Shown here one piece after another: positions 48,909 to 60,953 of a stretch of DNA of 64,000 nucleotides (the stretch's first letter is position 1; each line of letters opens with the position of its first letter). Source of the DNA: Eledone cirrhosa. Its lineage: Eukaryota. The position numbers and the translations under genes are program-made. The notes under the pieces are model-generated. The model saw only the letters and a program-made list of their open reading frames with translations, did no database searches and was not told the origin of the DNA. The stretch spans positions 73,098,001 to 73,162,000 of the forward strand of contig OZ024745.1 of the NCBI GenBank assembly GCA_964016885.1, read 5' to 3'.

Positions 48909-51635
48909 TGCACCTCCCAACATAGATTGATAATTAGCGACCTCATAGTCAGGACGAGACGTACTCGACAGCAGAAGAGGACTATCCTCAGGAGAAAAAT
49001 ATGGAAGCTAAAGGACCCCACAGCCAGGAATAAATTTCAAAGCATATTACTTGATGCTTTCGACAGTAAGGAAGAACATTTAGAGTCGGACAATATAGAG
49101 GGAGAGTGGGAATTTCTGAAAGCAAACCTGCTGTTGGCGACAGACGAAGTCTGTGGCTGGAGCAGGCCTGTAGGCAGGAGGAGAGTAACATGGTGGTGGA
49201 ACAGTAAGGTGGAGGGGTCAATTAAGGCCAAAAAGCAGGCTTGGAAAGTATGGCGGGATGGGGGAAGTAGAGAAGACTATCAAGTGGCCAGGAGGGAAGC
49301 TAGGAGACAAGTGTACTTAGCAAGAAGGGAAGCTGAGGAAAGAAAGTTCAAGCATGTTCTACAACGCGATGACCAAAAACGTGAGGTGTTCAGGATTGCT
49401 AGGCAATGCGTCAAGGAAAACCGTGATATTGTCGGGGAGAAGTGTGTACTAAACGACGATGGCACACTTGCCATCACCGACGCTGATAAGAAGGTAGCTT
49501 GGAAGTGTCACTATGAAAGGCTACTAAATGAGGAGAATAAATGGGAGAAAGACAGTCTCCCCCATATCGACCCAATAGAGGGACCAGCAGTGTTAGTCGA
49601 GGGGAGTATAATAAGTAAGGCAATCAAGGATATGAAGACGGGTAAGGCGGCTGGGCCTTCGGAAATAGTTGCTGAGATGCTGAAGGCATCTGGCACGGTG
49701 GGACACACCATGGTCACCCGCATAGTTAACCAAGTCGTACAGAATGGGGTTGTTCCGAAGGACTGGCATAGCAGCATCATCGTTAACTGTTATAAGGGTA
49801 AAGGAGACGCCCTAGATAGGAGTAACTATAGAGGCATTAAATTAATCGACCAGGTCATGAAGGTCACGGAAAAAGTAATAGCGCAACTAATCAGAGAGAG
49901 AATTGACCTAGATGAAATGCAGTTCGGGTTTGTGTCAGGCAAAAGTACCACAGACGCTCTTTTCATAGTACGACAACTACAGGAGAAGTACCTAGCTAAA
50001 GGTAAACCCCTCTACTTAGCTTTTGTCGACTTGGAGAAAGCCTTCGACAGAGTCCCCCGCTCCATTATCTGGTGGGCTCTTAGAAAACTAGGCGTTGACG
50101 AATGGCTTGTGAGGGCTATACAAGCCATGTATAAAGAAACAGTCAGCAAGGTTAGAATTAACAACGAATATAGTGAAGAGTTTAGCGTAAAAGTTGGCGT
50201 CCATCAGGGCTCTGTTCTCAGCCCACTACTATTTATTATTGCCCTTCAGGCTATAACAGAGGAGTTCAAGACAGGCTGCCCATGGGAACTCCTATACGCA
50301 GACGACCTGACACTCATAGCGGAATCAATGGCTGAGCTAGAGAAGAAATTCCAAACATGGAAGCACGGCCTAGAGTCAAAAGGACTTAAAATTAACCTGG
50401 ATAAGACCAAAGTACTAGTTTGTAGGAAAGAAAACAAGGCGGCGGTCCCTTCTGGGAAATGGTCGTGCTCGGTGTGTAGGAAAGGCGTAGGTAGAAACTC
50501 CATTTTATGTCCTAAATGCAAAGTATGGGTGCATAAAAGATGTAGTGGGATCACAGGTAAGCTAACTAAGAACATAGATTTTACATGTGGCCGGTGCTCT
50601 GGTGCAATAAGTAACAGCAAGTGCCCACAAAATACTAGCTCTTTCAATTGCGCAGAGGGTTCTATAGAAATAGTGGACAGCTTCCGTTACCTGGGCGATA
50701 AAATCAGCAGTGGGGGAGGGTGCTCTGAAAGTACTGTAGCTAGAGTCAGAACTGGTTGGAAAAAGTTCAGAGAGCTTATACCACTATTAGCTGCTAAAGG
50801 GTTCTCCCTAAAAATGAAAGGCTGGTTGTACGATGCCTGCATACGAACAGCAATGCTGCATGGCAGTGAGACCTGGGCATTGTGTGCAGAGGATATACGC
50901 AGACTAGAGAGGAACGAAGCTTGCATGCTCCGCTGGATGTGTAACAGTAATATACGTGAACGGCAAAGCATAAACGAACTAAGGAAGAAATTAGAGATAA
51001 GAGGGATCAGATGTTGTTTACTCGAGAGAAGGCTACGTTGGTATGGACACGTGATGCGCATGAAAGTCGATAGCTGTATAACAAAGTGCAGGGCAATAAA
51101 GATCGACGGTAGTCACGGAATAGGCAAACCTAGAAAAACCTGGGACGAGCTGATAAACTCCGACATCACACACTTACACCTCTCCAAGACAATGTCACTG
51201 GACCGAGACCTTTGGCGGTACTCAGTAACAGAGAAGACCCGCCTTACCTAAATATATAGTAAAACCTACTCCAGCCAGTAGGCATCCCTAACAAAATACA
51301 CCCCGTCCCACCACCCCACCCCATCCACACCACCCCGTTCTATGTAAAGTTATGTTGGTGCCGCGCCATCGAGGCCGAAACAAATGAGATCGTGTAGGTG
51401 TCACGACAAAAAAACACACAGTCCACGCTGTAATGTGGCCGTGTAGGCAACACGGTAAAAACCTCCCAGACCCACACTGTAAATGTGGTTGGTGTTAGGA
51501 AGGGCATCCAACTGTAGAAAACCTGCCAGACAGTCCTATGCGAGCAAGACAATCACTCTTGCCTCAAGTGGGACTACCCCCGTCCAAACCCATGTAAGCG
51601 TGGAACACGGACGTTAAACGTTGATGATGATGATG
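48909..51635 (+). mobile_element. RTE LINE family 1, 5'-truncated at the end of the APE domain, young copy
   Basis: Uninterrupted 774-aa ORF, about 380-nt 3' UTR, (GAT)n tail. Confidence 0.97.
48927..51251 (+). CDS. RTE reverse transcriptase ORF (partial) with embedded PHD-type zinc finger
   Basis: NYRGIKL, QFGF, AFVDLEKAFDRV, GVHQGSVLSP, LYADDL, CSVC-x10-CPKCKVWVHKRC-x14-[20 protein letters not shown]. Confidence 0.95.
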   Translation: MIISDLIVRTRRTRQQKRTILRRKIWKLKDPTARNKFQSILLDAFDSKEEHLESDNIEGEWEFLKANLLLATDEVCGWSRPVGRRRVTWWWNSKVEGSIKAKKQAWKVWRDGGSREDYQVARREARRQVYLARREAEERKFKHVLQRDDQKREVFRIARQCVKENRDIVGEKCVLNDDGTLAITDADKKVAWKCHYERLLNEENKWEKDSLPHIDPIEGPAVLVEGSIISKAIKDMKTGKAAGPSEIVAEMLKASGTVGHTMVTRIVNQVVQNGVVPKDWHSSIIVNCYKGKGDALDRSNYRGIKLIDQVMKVTEKVIAQLIRERIDLDEMQFGFVSGKSTTDALFIVRQLQEKYLAKGKPLYLAFVDLEKAFDRVPRSIIWWALRKLGVDEWLVRAIQAMYKETVSKVRINNEYSEEFSVKVGVHQGSVLSPLLFIIALQAITEEFKTGCPWELLYADDLTLIAESMAELEKKFQTWKHGLESKGLKINLDKTKVLVCRKENKAAVPSGKWSCSVCRKGVGRNSILCPKCKVWVHKRCSGITGKLTKNIDFTCGRCSGAISNSKCPQNTSSFNCAEGSIEIVDSFRYLGDKISSGGGCSESTVARVRTGWKKFRELIPLLAAKGFSLKMKGWLYDACIRTAMLHGSETWALCAEDIRRLERNEACMLRWMCNSNIRERQSINELRKKLEIRGIRCCLLERRLRWYGHVMRMKVDSCITKCRAIKIDGSHGIGKPRKTWDELINSDITHLHLSKTMSLDRDLWRYSVTEKTRLT

Positions 51636-51775
51636 AATAATAAGAGAGAAAGAAAGAAAAAAGAAAAAAAAAGAAAAAGGAAACAAAAGGAAAAAGAAGA
51701 CCACTTATATACGTTAATTTGGGGGAAATAAATTTGAATATTTACCTATATTATGAATATATTTATATGGAGAAT

Positions 51776-51966
51776 TATCATTTCATTTCATCATTTCATT
51801 TTACGTCCGCTTTTTCCCTACTTGCAAGGGTGAGACGGGAACTGATTCTGGCTTGATTTCTACAGCTGGATGCTCTTCCTAACACCCTCATTTACAGTGA
51901 GTGCTGGGTGCTTTTTTTTTCCGTGGCACCTCCACGACCACTTTGCAGTGGAATGATAGGGACCCC
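51776..51966 (-). mobile_element. Non-autonomous RTE-tailed SINE-like element (family B)
   Basis: Near-identical to 4066-4255 and ends at the same GGGACCCC boundary. Confidence 0.85.
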
Positions 51967-52094
51967 AGTCCGATTGTTTGAGACCCAAGAGTACCTACGT
52001 ATTATTTTGCCTGTAAATAGCTGAGTATTCCAGAGACACATGTACTCTTAATGTAAATCTCAGGCAGAATCAGAATGATAGAATATATGACGAA

Positions 52095-52860
52095 ACTTCT
52101 TTTTCTTCACCCACATATACCTGAGAGTGTTGTGGAGGCAGAGTCACCAAATGTTCCTTCCAGCAGGTCCGGTCAGAAGCAACCATCTCCAACTGATCCG
52201 GCTGGATCCTCAAGCTGGATCACCAAAACATATGGATGTTATCCAACCATCTCGCTTGGGGTCTACTCCTGGGTCTCTTGGTGGTTGGTTTTTGCTTGTA
52301 AAATCTGTCCAGCGATTCTTTCCTGAGACATACTAACCGCATGCTTATAGTATTGGAGCTGTGATCTCTCAATTTGGAGAAGTAGCAGCTCTACCTGGAC
52401 CAACTCTCTGATCTCCAAGCTACACACTCCATCGAGTAACGTTACTCAATAGACCTTTCGGAGGAACCCCATTTCGGCCACTTGTATTCACAATCATATT
52501 CTTTTGTTCATTACACAAGATTCATGACCATAGGTAAGGGTTGGCACGATTACTGAATTGAAGATAGTGAGTTTGTTTTTTATGCCTACCTCCCTCCTTT
52601 TGATTACTGAATGCTGAAGCTGGTGCATTATTGCACAAATTCCTGCAATTCTTGCACTTAATTCAGCCTCCTGCCTTCCATCACTCATGAATATGGCCCT
52701 GAGATACTTGAACTTCTCTACCTGCTTCAGTGGAACTCCATTCACATATTCACATGTAGAGTGCACTCCACAGGCTTCCTTTAGAGGACATGTATCTCAG
52801 TTTTTGCAGCACTGATTTTCATTCCAGCCATGCAGTACTTGGCATCAAACCTATCGTGAG
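52095..52860 (-). mobile_element. Old RTE LINE 3' fragment (family 3, no PHD finger)
   Basis: VNGVPLKQVEKFKYL..FMSDGRQEAELSARI..VPTLTYGHES..QVAEMGFLR; many stops. Confidence 0.85.
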
Positions 52861-53328
52861 CAAGTCAGAAATCACATGAAAAGACTTACCTTTGATTTAC
52901 ATGTAGTCCATGTAACAGATTCCTACATAGTTTCTCTCTAATGAATTTCACTCACAGGACTTAGATCAACCTGAGGCTTTGGTCAAACTCACTTACCCAA
53001 GATACCATGTAGTGGGATTGAATGCAGGACCTCAGGATTCTGAATCCATGTCTCTATCCATAAATACAATATTCAAACTGAAAATTAAATATATTTAATA
53101 TTGCTGAGCTCACCAAAACCTCTGTTTAAATGGACATGATTTATTTATCAGTACTGTCTCCCTTTCTTTGACAAATTATAAGAAACATATCAAATTTCTT
53201 ATGGAAATTGGAATGTGTGCAGAAAAAGTAGTTTAATAAAAATTAACATTTACTTTTATTTTATTTATGGTTTGATATATTTCTTAATAATGCTAACATG
53301 CTATTGTTTCTTTCATTGAATATTTCAG

Positions 53329-53452
53329 GGTTTTCAATATTTCTGAGGTAGTTCCATTGCCCAAGTGACCATCAAAGGAGAGGAGTATGGCTGATAGGCA
53401 GCCAGAGTTGTTTCTGCTAAAAATTTTATTTATCCTTGCCTTCTTCACACAG
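53329..53452 (+). other. Putative host-gene exon (5' UTR + start codon)
   Basis: Branch point TGCTAAC at 53291, pyrimidine tract, acceptor TTTCAG at 53328, donor CAG|GTAAAT at 53452/53453. Confidence 0.65.
53387..53452 (+). CDS. N-terminal signal-peptide-like coding segment MADRQPELFLLKILFILAFFTQ of an unidentified secreted or membrane protein
   Basis: AGTATGG start context, hydrophobic core, phase-0 donor; no downstream exon recognised in the window. Confidence 0.55.
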
Positions 53453-53504
53453 GTAAATGTTTTGTGTCATTTCCTTCTTCTCTACAGATTGATTTAGATA
53501 TATA

Positions 53505-53990
53505 CTAGCAGAATGGCCCAGCGTTGCTCGGGATTTGATCTAGGGTTCTTATATATTTGATATATATTTATCCTTATCGAGCCTCGTGAAATAAAAACGT
53601 TTGTTTATATTTTGTTATTGTATATGCAAAAATATCTGTACATGAATATATAATTATATATATATATAACAGTACAGAGAAGTACAGAATACCTCGGCCT
53701 CGGGATGGTGTCTACATTTTGTGCTTATAAAAAAAATTTGTCGTAGATTACCAGGCTTTTTTTCCGTGTGAAGAAAATCAATAATTTATCGCGAAATAAA
53801 TACTTTTGTTTATATTTTATTGTGTATGCAAAAATATCTGTACACGAATATATAATTATATATATATATATTAAAATAACAGATTAAAATTTAAGCAAAG
53901 AATCAGTGCTTTCACCCTTAATGGGATCTTCTGAAACTAAAAAAATCAATCTGTGAACGCCGAAGTAAATATTTCGAAAAACGTTACACA

Positions 53991-54033
<43 letters not shown>

Positions 54034-54304
54034 TATATATATATACACAAACACCGCATCAAAATGTAATGCAGACAGTCAGACATACAGACAGATATTA
54101 TAAGGGCGCAACGTTATATCTATGTATCTGTCTAAAAATAGAAAGACTAAGAATTATAAAGAGATCGCTAAATCGCCTAATGCGGTCCCTAGGCCATAGA
54201 AAATTTGAATTTTTTTTCTTCTCAAAACATTTACAGTACCATAAGTATTACATGTGTAAAGTTTGAAAACAATCGGTTGGGTGGTTCTCGAGTTTTAGTG
54301 AGCT

Positions 54305-54336
<32 letters not shown>

Positions 54337-54354
54337 TTCTCTGTTTTATATAGA
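53505..54354 (-). mobile_element. Non-autonomous Helitron, 850 bp, intact ends
   Basis: Minus strand reads A|TCTATATAAAACAGAGAATG(TCTG)n ... hairpin CCCGAGCAACGCTGGG CCATTCTG CTAG|T: 5' TC, 3' hairpin + CTAG, AT target, no TSD. Confidence 0.85.
53879..53954 (-). ncRNA. Hammerhead motif with U4A core, copy inside the Helitron
   Basis: Reverse complement ACAGATTGA..AGTTT-CAGAAGA-tCCC attaa GGGt-GAAA-GCA ctgattctt TGC-TT-AAATT TTAATCTGT. Confidence 0.65.
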
Positions 54355-54399
54355 TGAAAATAAGGTGTGTGTGTGTGATCATTATCAAGAGGGTGAATA

Positions 54400-55350
54400 G
54401 AAGAAACAGTAATGATAGCAGAAGAATCTGGATCAGAGTGTGTAAAGAGCAAAACTATGGTGGAAGAAACAGAAACTTTGTGGTGGAAGGGTTTGTTGGG
54501 CTATTAAACATAAGAAACAGGCAGAGAAAAACTAGAAGAATGGGAAGGAAATATAGAACAATGCCAAGAAATCAGAGGAGAAGCTAGCAAGGAGGGAAAC
54601 AAAATAAGAAGCTTGTGTATGTTCTACATCGTGAGAATCAAAAGTATGGGGTGTTCCAGATTGCAAGACAATGTGCTAGGGAAAATCAAGATGATTTAAG
54701 GAAGAAGTATATTCAGAATAACAGTGGTACACTTGCCTTCACTGATGCTGAATTGAAAGGGGCATGGAAGTTTCTTTGTGAGAGACTGTGGGTTGTATAG
54801 AAGGAGGGCATCCCGTGAGTAGACCAGTCATCTGAGATGATAGAAATATAATAGAAAAGGCAATTAAGGATATGCTAAGAAAGCAGCTGAACAATCTGGG
54901 ATAGTCACTGAGATGCTGAAAATATCCAGTATGGCAGGTAACATGTTATCATCACGTATAGTATATTAGGTAATGTCATACCCAATGACTAGCATAGCTA
55001 CAAAGGCAAAGAGAAGAAACTGTTGTGGCATGAAGTTGATGGATCAGGCCATGAAAGTTTACTTAAATGATAAATCATTACTGTGTTGAGAGAAGAACTG
55101 AAATTAAGCAGGATCAGATGTAGGACCCTCCTATGGATATGTGATGCTTGTGGAAGTTGTTAGCTATATAAAGATGTGCAGGTCACACAAAGTAGATGGA
55201 ACTGTGGAAGAGGAAAACCTAGGATGAATTGGTGAAAGCTAACATCAAAAAGCTAAACCTCACAATAGGGATAACAATTGAATGTGATGCACAGTGCTGG
55301 AGAAGACAACTGCCCTTCCATGCAAGTAGGGTGAAATAAGTGTTAAAAGG
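54400..55350 (+). mobile_element. Highly decayed, internally deleted RTE related to families 1 and 2
   Basis: VFQIARQCARENQD..GTLAFTDAELKGAWK, EMLK, KLMDQAMKV, then a jump to the C-terminal GRGKPR and tail. Confidence 0.8.
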
Positions 55351-55389
55351 GTGGTAGTGTGGGAAATCAGTAAAGATTCTCAACATTAA

Positions 55390-56170
55390 ATTTTAAAGGA
55401 AAATTTGGGCATTCACAGAGTGAAAGTGAAATTTATAACCATGTTGCTTTCTCAGGAACAACAATAACTTCATCTTAAGGTTATGAAGGACCTGATGGAT
55501 ACTATCAAACAAGGATCCTGAGTTCCTGAATACTGTGATAACTGAAGATGAGATATAGGTGTATAGTACGACTTGGACATCAGAGCTGAGTCATCACAAT
55601 GAAAGCATCCAATGTCACTAAGACTCACAAAAGCACATCAGATACAAATCAAAATCAAGCTGATGCTAAATATTTGATGACTGAAATGTTATGCATCAGG
55701 AATATGCATCAGAAGGACAAATAGTTACAAAGGGTTACTATGAAGAAGTCCTCCAACATCATTGTGATGCAGTTCAGCACAAGAGACAGGATTTGTGAGC
55801 CTCAGAATCCTGGCATATGCACAATGACAATGTCTCAGTTCATTCGGCAGCTGATCCAAGATTTCTTGCCCCTCAAAAAAGCACGTTTCTCATTCATCAT
55901 CCTCCCTCCTCTCCAAATATGGCCCCATCTAACTTCAGGTTGCCCTGCAAAATGAAGATACCACTGAAAGTTTCCTGCTTTGAGAGAGACAGTAACAGCA
56001 GAGCTGAGAGCTATTCTAGAAGAAACATTTCACATATGCTTCAAATGGTGGAAGAATTGCTGGGCTCTGTGGAAACACAAGGGGTCTACTTTGAAGAGGA
56101 TTAGCATTTGAACCCTACCAAATATGTAATTTTTTTCCAGCCTGAGGTTTGTTTATTTTTACAGATTTTG
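55390..56170 (+). pseudogene. Mariner (DD34D-type) transposase fossil
   Basis: FLNTVITEDE..SSQ*KHP..KIKLML, HNDNVSVH, HHPPSSPNMAPSNF, GVYFEED* correspond to mariner ITGDETW, HDNA, YSPDLAPSD and GxYFE motifs. Confidence 0.85.
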
Positions 56171-57342
56171 TATTTTGACTTCAGGATTTGAACCATACAT
56201 AAATAGTATACACTTTTTCATGCTTGCAAATTAATTAATTAATTTAATTAATATCAACTCAAAGTCTTAAATGCCATAATGAACAATATTTTTTATGCCC
56301 AAAGAAGCAGACCAACCAGTGCTTTTGAATCACTACTCCTAATTGACAGTATATGTAGCAAGAGTCTATTGAACATTAGGATTATAGCTGATCAATAGAA
56401 AACTAAACATATATATTTTACACATGTTGAACTCATTTTTATTTTTTCACTCGATATCATCAACATATATATGATTATAATGTTGATATTCATAAAGACC
56501 AACGGTCAATTAGTGACATGACTAACCCTTTCTATTTTCGATCATTTGCCTGTGTGTGTGCTTGTGTGAGAGAGAGAAAGAATTCTGTAAATCTCACTCA
56601 GAACAAAGTTTGATAGATAAATATTACGCAGCTTTTCAAACCTGATGTTTTATTTGTTTTAGTAAAAAAACTGCAACTTATTTATGAGTTTGTATGGTAT
56701 AGTGTATAAAGAATAATGTTTAGAACTTCAGTAGGATTCAACAAATTCATCTCTAAAGGTCCACTATTTTAAACATAACAGTACGACAGTGAAATGTCAA
56801 CTTGTAATTGAATTTATTATAAAGGTTGACAAAGATTGTGAACTTTGGTGTAGTTTTAAGGATTTCCTCCATTTGTATTTGTTATTGTTTTACATTGTTA
56901 GTATAGAAATGTGTCAAATGCTCTGTTTCTGACATAGTTACTTGAAATAAACTCAATCTGCACAATCAATACATTTAAAATAGCTGGTTTAATAATTAAT
57001 AAATCATGAGTGTATATTACCATTTTTCCATCTCTTTTTCTGTGCTTACAACCATGTATACTATATGTTTGAGATGTTATTTTTAGGACTATTAGCCTGG
57101 TATTTAGAGATAAAATTGTCTCCATATTTTCTACCTGAACTAGATTCATAAATATTGCTAATTTGAATCTAGTTAGGTACTATATACACATCCTATAAAG
57201 GAAAATGATAATTAATGTTGAAAATGATCAAAATCTTGTGCAGATGTAAATTTTATTTCTATGTTTCATCTGTATAGATGTGGTTAATACAGTCTGAAAA
57301 AGTATATTCTTATTAGCGAAGGGTTCTGAACTCCTGATCGAT

Positions 57343-57580
57343 TTCACCCTTTTGATCCTACCAGTATAAGACTGCTTTTGATTTCATAATGCAGTAATCC
57401 TTTGTTTTTAAAGGGTTTATATTTCATAATTTTATGAAAGGAACATTTTGTTTCAAACACCAGCTTCATAATGAGAAAGTTAGTTATACAACTAAATCCT
57501 TTGAAACTCTTGATTATTTTCAAAATTATTTGAAATACACATGCAGTCTTTCATTAGAAATATGGTAATAAAAGGGTTAA
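57343..57580. mobile_element. piggyBac-like MITE
   Basis: TTcA-CCCTTTTG ... TAAAAGGG-TTAA termini, about 240 bp. Confidence 0.55.
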
Positions 57581-57911
57581 ATCTAGCCCATTCCTCTCCA
57601 GGTCTGAACACAGCTGATTACTTTCAGACAGCGAGAGAGGGAGAGAGAATTGATCCTAACATTGAACTGGTACATTATATTATACACGTGATATAATAAA
57701 TCAGAAATCCAATGAAACAAAATCTAATGGTCAAATTATAGTGAACTAAAAAGATTTACTAATGGTGTACAATTTTGAGTTTTTGCTCTCTCTCTCTATA
57801 TATATATATAGTAATAATAATAAATTTGAAGACTAAAATCCAAAGAGGGCTCGATAAGGATAAATATATATCAAATATATAAGAACCCTAGAGCAAATAT
57901 TTATTAAAATA

Positions 57912-57987
57912 ACAGATTAAAATTTAAGCAAAGAATCGCAGCTTTCACCCTTAACGGGATCTTCTGAAACTAACAAAATCAATCTGT
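57912..57987 (-). ncRNA. Hammerhead motif with U4A core, left arm of Penelope B
   Basis: Reverse complement AGTTT-CAGAAGA-tCCC gttaa GGGt-GAAA-GC..GC-TT-AAATT, with distal stem ACAGATTGA/TTAATCTGT. Confidence 0.65.
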
Positions 57988-58663
57988 GAACGCAGAAGCA
58001 AATATTTCGAAAAACGTTGCAACCGAAAGAAAACAAGAAGACAATACTTTTGTTGGTGAAGACGTTCTCTGGCAATGAACTGAAAAAAGTGAAGATAAAA
58101 TGTTGTTGTGTGAAGCGATGAGAACGAATACATGCAAAGACAAAACCACGTTTATGGTATAAATGAAGTTGTAGATTAATATTCTATATAGGAAACCGAA
58201 TGATTCTCGGCTTCAGAGTTAAGGATAATGTAAATAAATTAGTAGAACGATAATGGCAGAGGTAATTAAAATCAAATATATACATACACGCATCTATATA
58301 CGTACATACACAGGCATACGCAAAACACACGCCATGCATGCACGTACACATAAACAGGTGCACATATACATAAATCCGCCTGACACCTGTACCTGCACAT
58401 ATACGAACGTATAAACCAAATACACATTAAAAAAATGTATATGTATGTGTGTGTATATATACATATAATTATATAAACGTATATAAATATACACACATAA
58501 ATACGCATATAACGCACACGCACACTGCAAGAGGGGTCAAGCTTCTAATTTCAGGTATAATTCTATTTAAAATCCTTTAACTAAGTCTACCTAAATCAGA
58601 CTTCGTAGGGTTAATTAGCCAAATAGAGGCGTTGTTGGCGAAATTATACCTGAAATTAGAAGC

Positions 58664-60159
58664 TTGGCCTCTCTTGCACTGTGGAATAATTCTTTTGTGG
58701 TGATTGATAGGTTGAATGACATATGCAGCAAGGAACATTGCCGTTTTATCCAATTCGACATCAATAACTACTACTCCTCCATCACTTTACCACTTCTTCT
58801 TAGAGCTATCAATTTCACTAAAACGCTCATGGTGGTTAAGGATGTCAAAGTTGATGTCATCCTCAATGCCCGTAAGTCGGTGATTAATTTCGACGACTCT
58901 ATTTGGATAAAACAATCTAATAGTACCCCAGTCGACGTGAGTATGGGCGCCAGCGATTCGGAGGAGGTTACTGATCTTATCGGCCTTTTCCTTCTTTTCT
59001 CTATCAAGGAAGAATTCCCCAATGTGGGCGGTGGTTTGTACTGTGACGGTCTTTTGACCATGACAAAGTGCGGTCCACGCACTTGTGACAGGTTCAGAAA
59101 AGAACTCGCAGCCTTCTTTAAAGGCTTCAATCTCTCCATACAGGTTGAGGCTAACCTCTCGGTCGTTAATTACCTCGACGTTACCCTCAATTTGTCGAAT
59201 GGCTTACATTACCCGTATAGAAAGCCAAATGATACACTTAATTACATAAGTAAGCATTCTAACCATCCTGCCAACATAACCAAGAAACTGATAAGAAACG
59301 TTTCTTTGCGGCTTTCCCGTCTATCTACAAACGAGCATATTTTCACCGACCATTCCACATATTACAATGAAGCTCTTGCTCGGAGTGGATTTATCGATAA
59401 GGTAGCATATACCAAGTATGAGCATAGACCAAGGAAAAATAGATCCCGACGCATTATAACCCACCATATAATATGGAGGTGGCCACACCATTAGCTAAGA
59501 ACTTTCTCTCCCTTATTAAGAAGCATTTCCCCTCAGCACATAAATATAATAACATTTTTAATAGAAATACCATCAAAATATCTTACTCTACGACTCCTAA
59601 CCTTACTCATAACACCACTGCTTCAAATTTAGCTAAATTACCTAGCCATAGGAGCACGTGCAACCCTGTAGCTAGCACAAACTATAATTGTAGGAATCAG
59701 GCTGACTGCCCTCTATCCGGGAAATGCTTCTCCAGTAACATTGTATACAAATGTAAGGTCGAAACACTTGCGTCCCGTCGGGCCTACATAGGGTTAACCG
59801 CCAATAGATTCAAGCAGTGTCTTTACATGCACACCCACTCTTTTATTAACCCTTTAAGAAGGAATATAACATCACTTTCAACTTATATCTGGAGTCTAAA
59901 AGACAACCACACCCAATATAGGTTACCCTGGGACATCCTAGCTAGGGCTAGATCGTATAACGGAAATAAAAGACCTTGTGATCTTTGCGCCGCTGAAGCC
60001 CTGGAAATACCCTACGCCAATGACCACATCTTAAACAAAAATCTGAGGCAATTTCGGCTTGTAAACACAAATTGCATAAAACTTTCCTGTACAGCCCCAC
60101 TTTATACCCTAATGGATAGTACGATCAATATGCGGATAATTTACGTCTTGATGTGGTAG
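58664..60159 (+). pseudogene. Penelope-like (Naiad-like) RT and GIY-YIG endonuclease, frameshifted
   Basis: FIQFDINNYYSSI, DVSMGASDSEEV, GGLYC-DGL (YRDDGL decayed), NYLDVTLNL, YISKHSNHP, NCRNQADCPLSGKC, IVYKC..YIG, CDLC. Confidence 0.9.
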
Positions 60160-60953
60160 CTAAGTATATTTTATGTTTATCCCATTACTTATTTGTATAG
60201 GTAAGTATACCTTACCTGTATGTTTTGTGAAGGTACGTATACTTTCTCGTACGTATATATGCTTGTATTTGTTATAGGTGTATATATTATATTATATATA
60301 CTGGTATATGTGTATATGGTTATGTGTATGTGTGTATTTTGTGTTTGTGTGCATATGCGTGTTTGCACGTATGTAAGGTGTGTATATGTGTACATTGTGT
60401 TTTGGTTGATGTACGTTTGGTGAACATATGTGTTTTTACCTGTAGGTATGTGTGCGCGTGCGTTATATGCATATTTATGTATGTATATTTACACACACAC
60501 ACACATTTTTTTACTGTGTATTTGGTTTATACATTCATATGTGTGCGGGTATCGGTGTCGCGTGGATTTATGTATATGTGCACCTGTTTATGCGTACATG
60601 CATGCATGGCGTGTGTTTTGCGTATGCCTGTGTATGTACGTATATAGATGCGTGTATGTATTTATTTAATTATAATTACCTCTGTCATTGTTGTTCTAAT
60701 AATTTATTTGCATTATCCTTAACTCTGAAGCCGAGAATCATTCGGTTTCCTATATAGAATATTAGTCTATGACTTCATTTATACGATAAACATGGTTTTG
60801 TCTTTGCATGTATTTGTTCTCATTGCTCCACAGAATGACGTTATATCTTCGCTTTTTTACGTTCATTGCTAGGGAATGTCTTCACAAACCAAAGTATCGT
60901 CTTCCTGTTTTCCTTCGGTTGCAATGTTTTTCGAAATATTTACTTCTGTGTTC

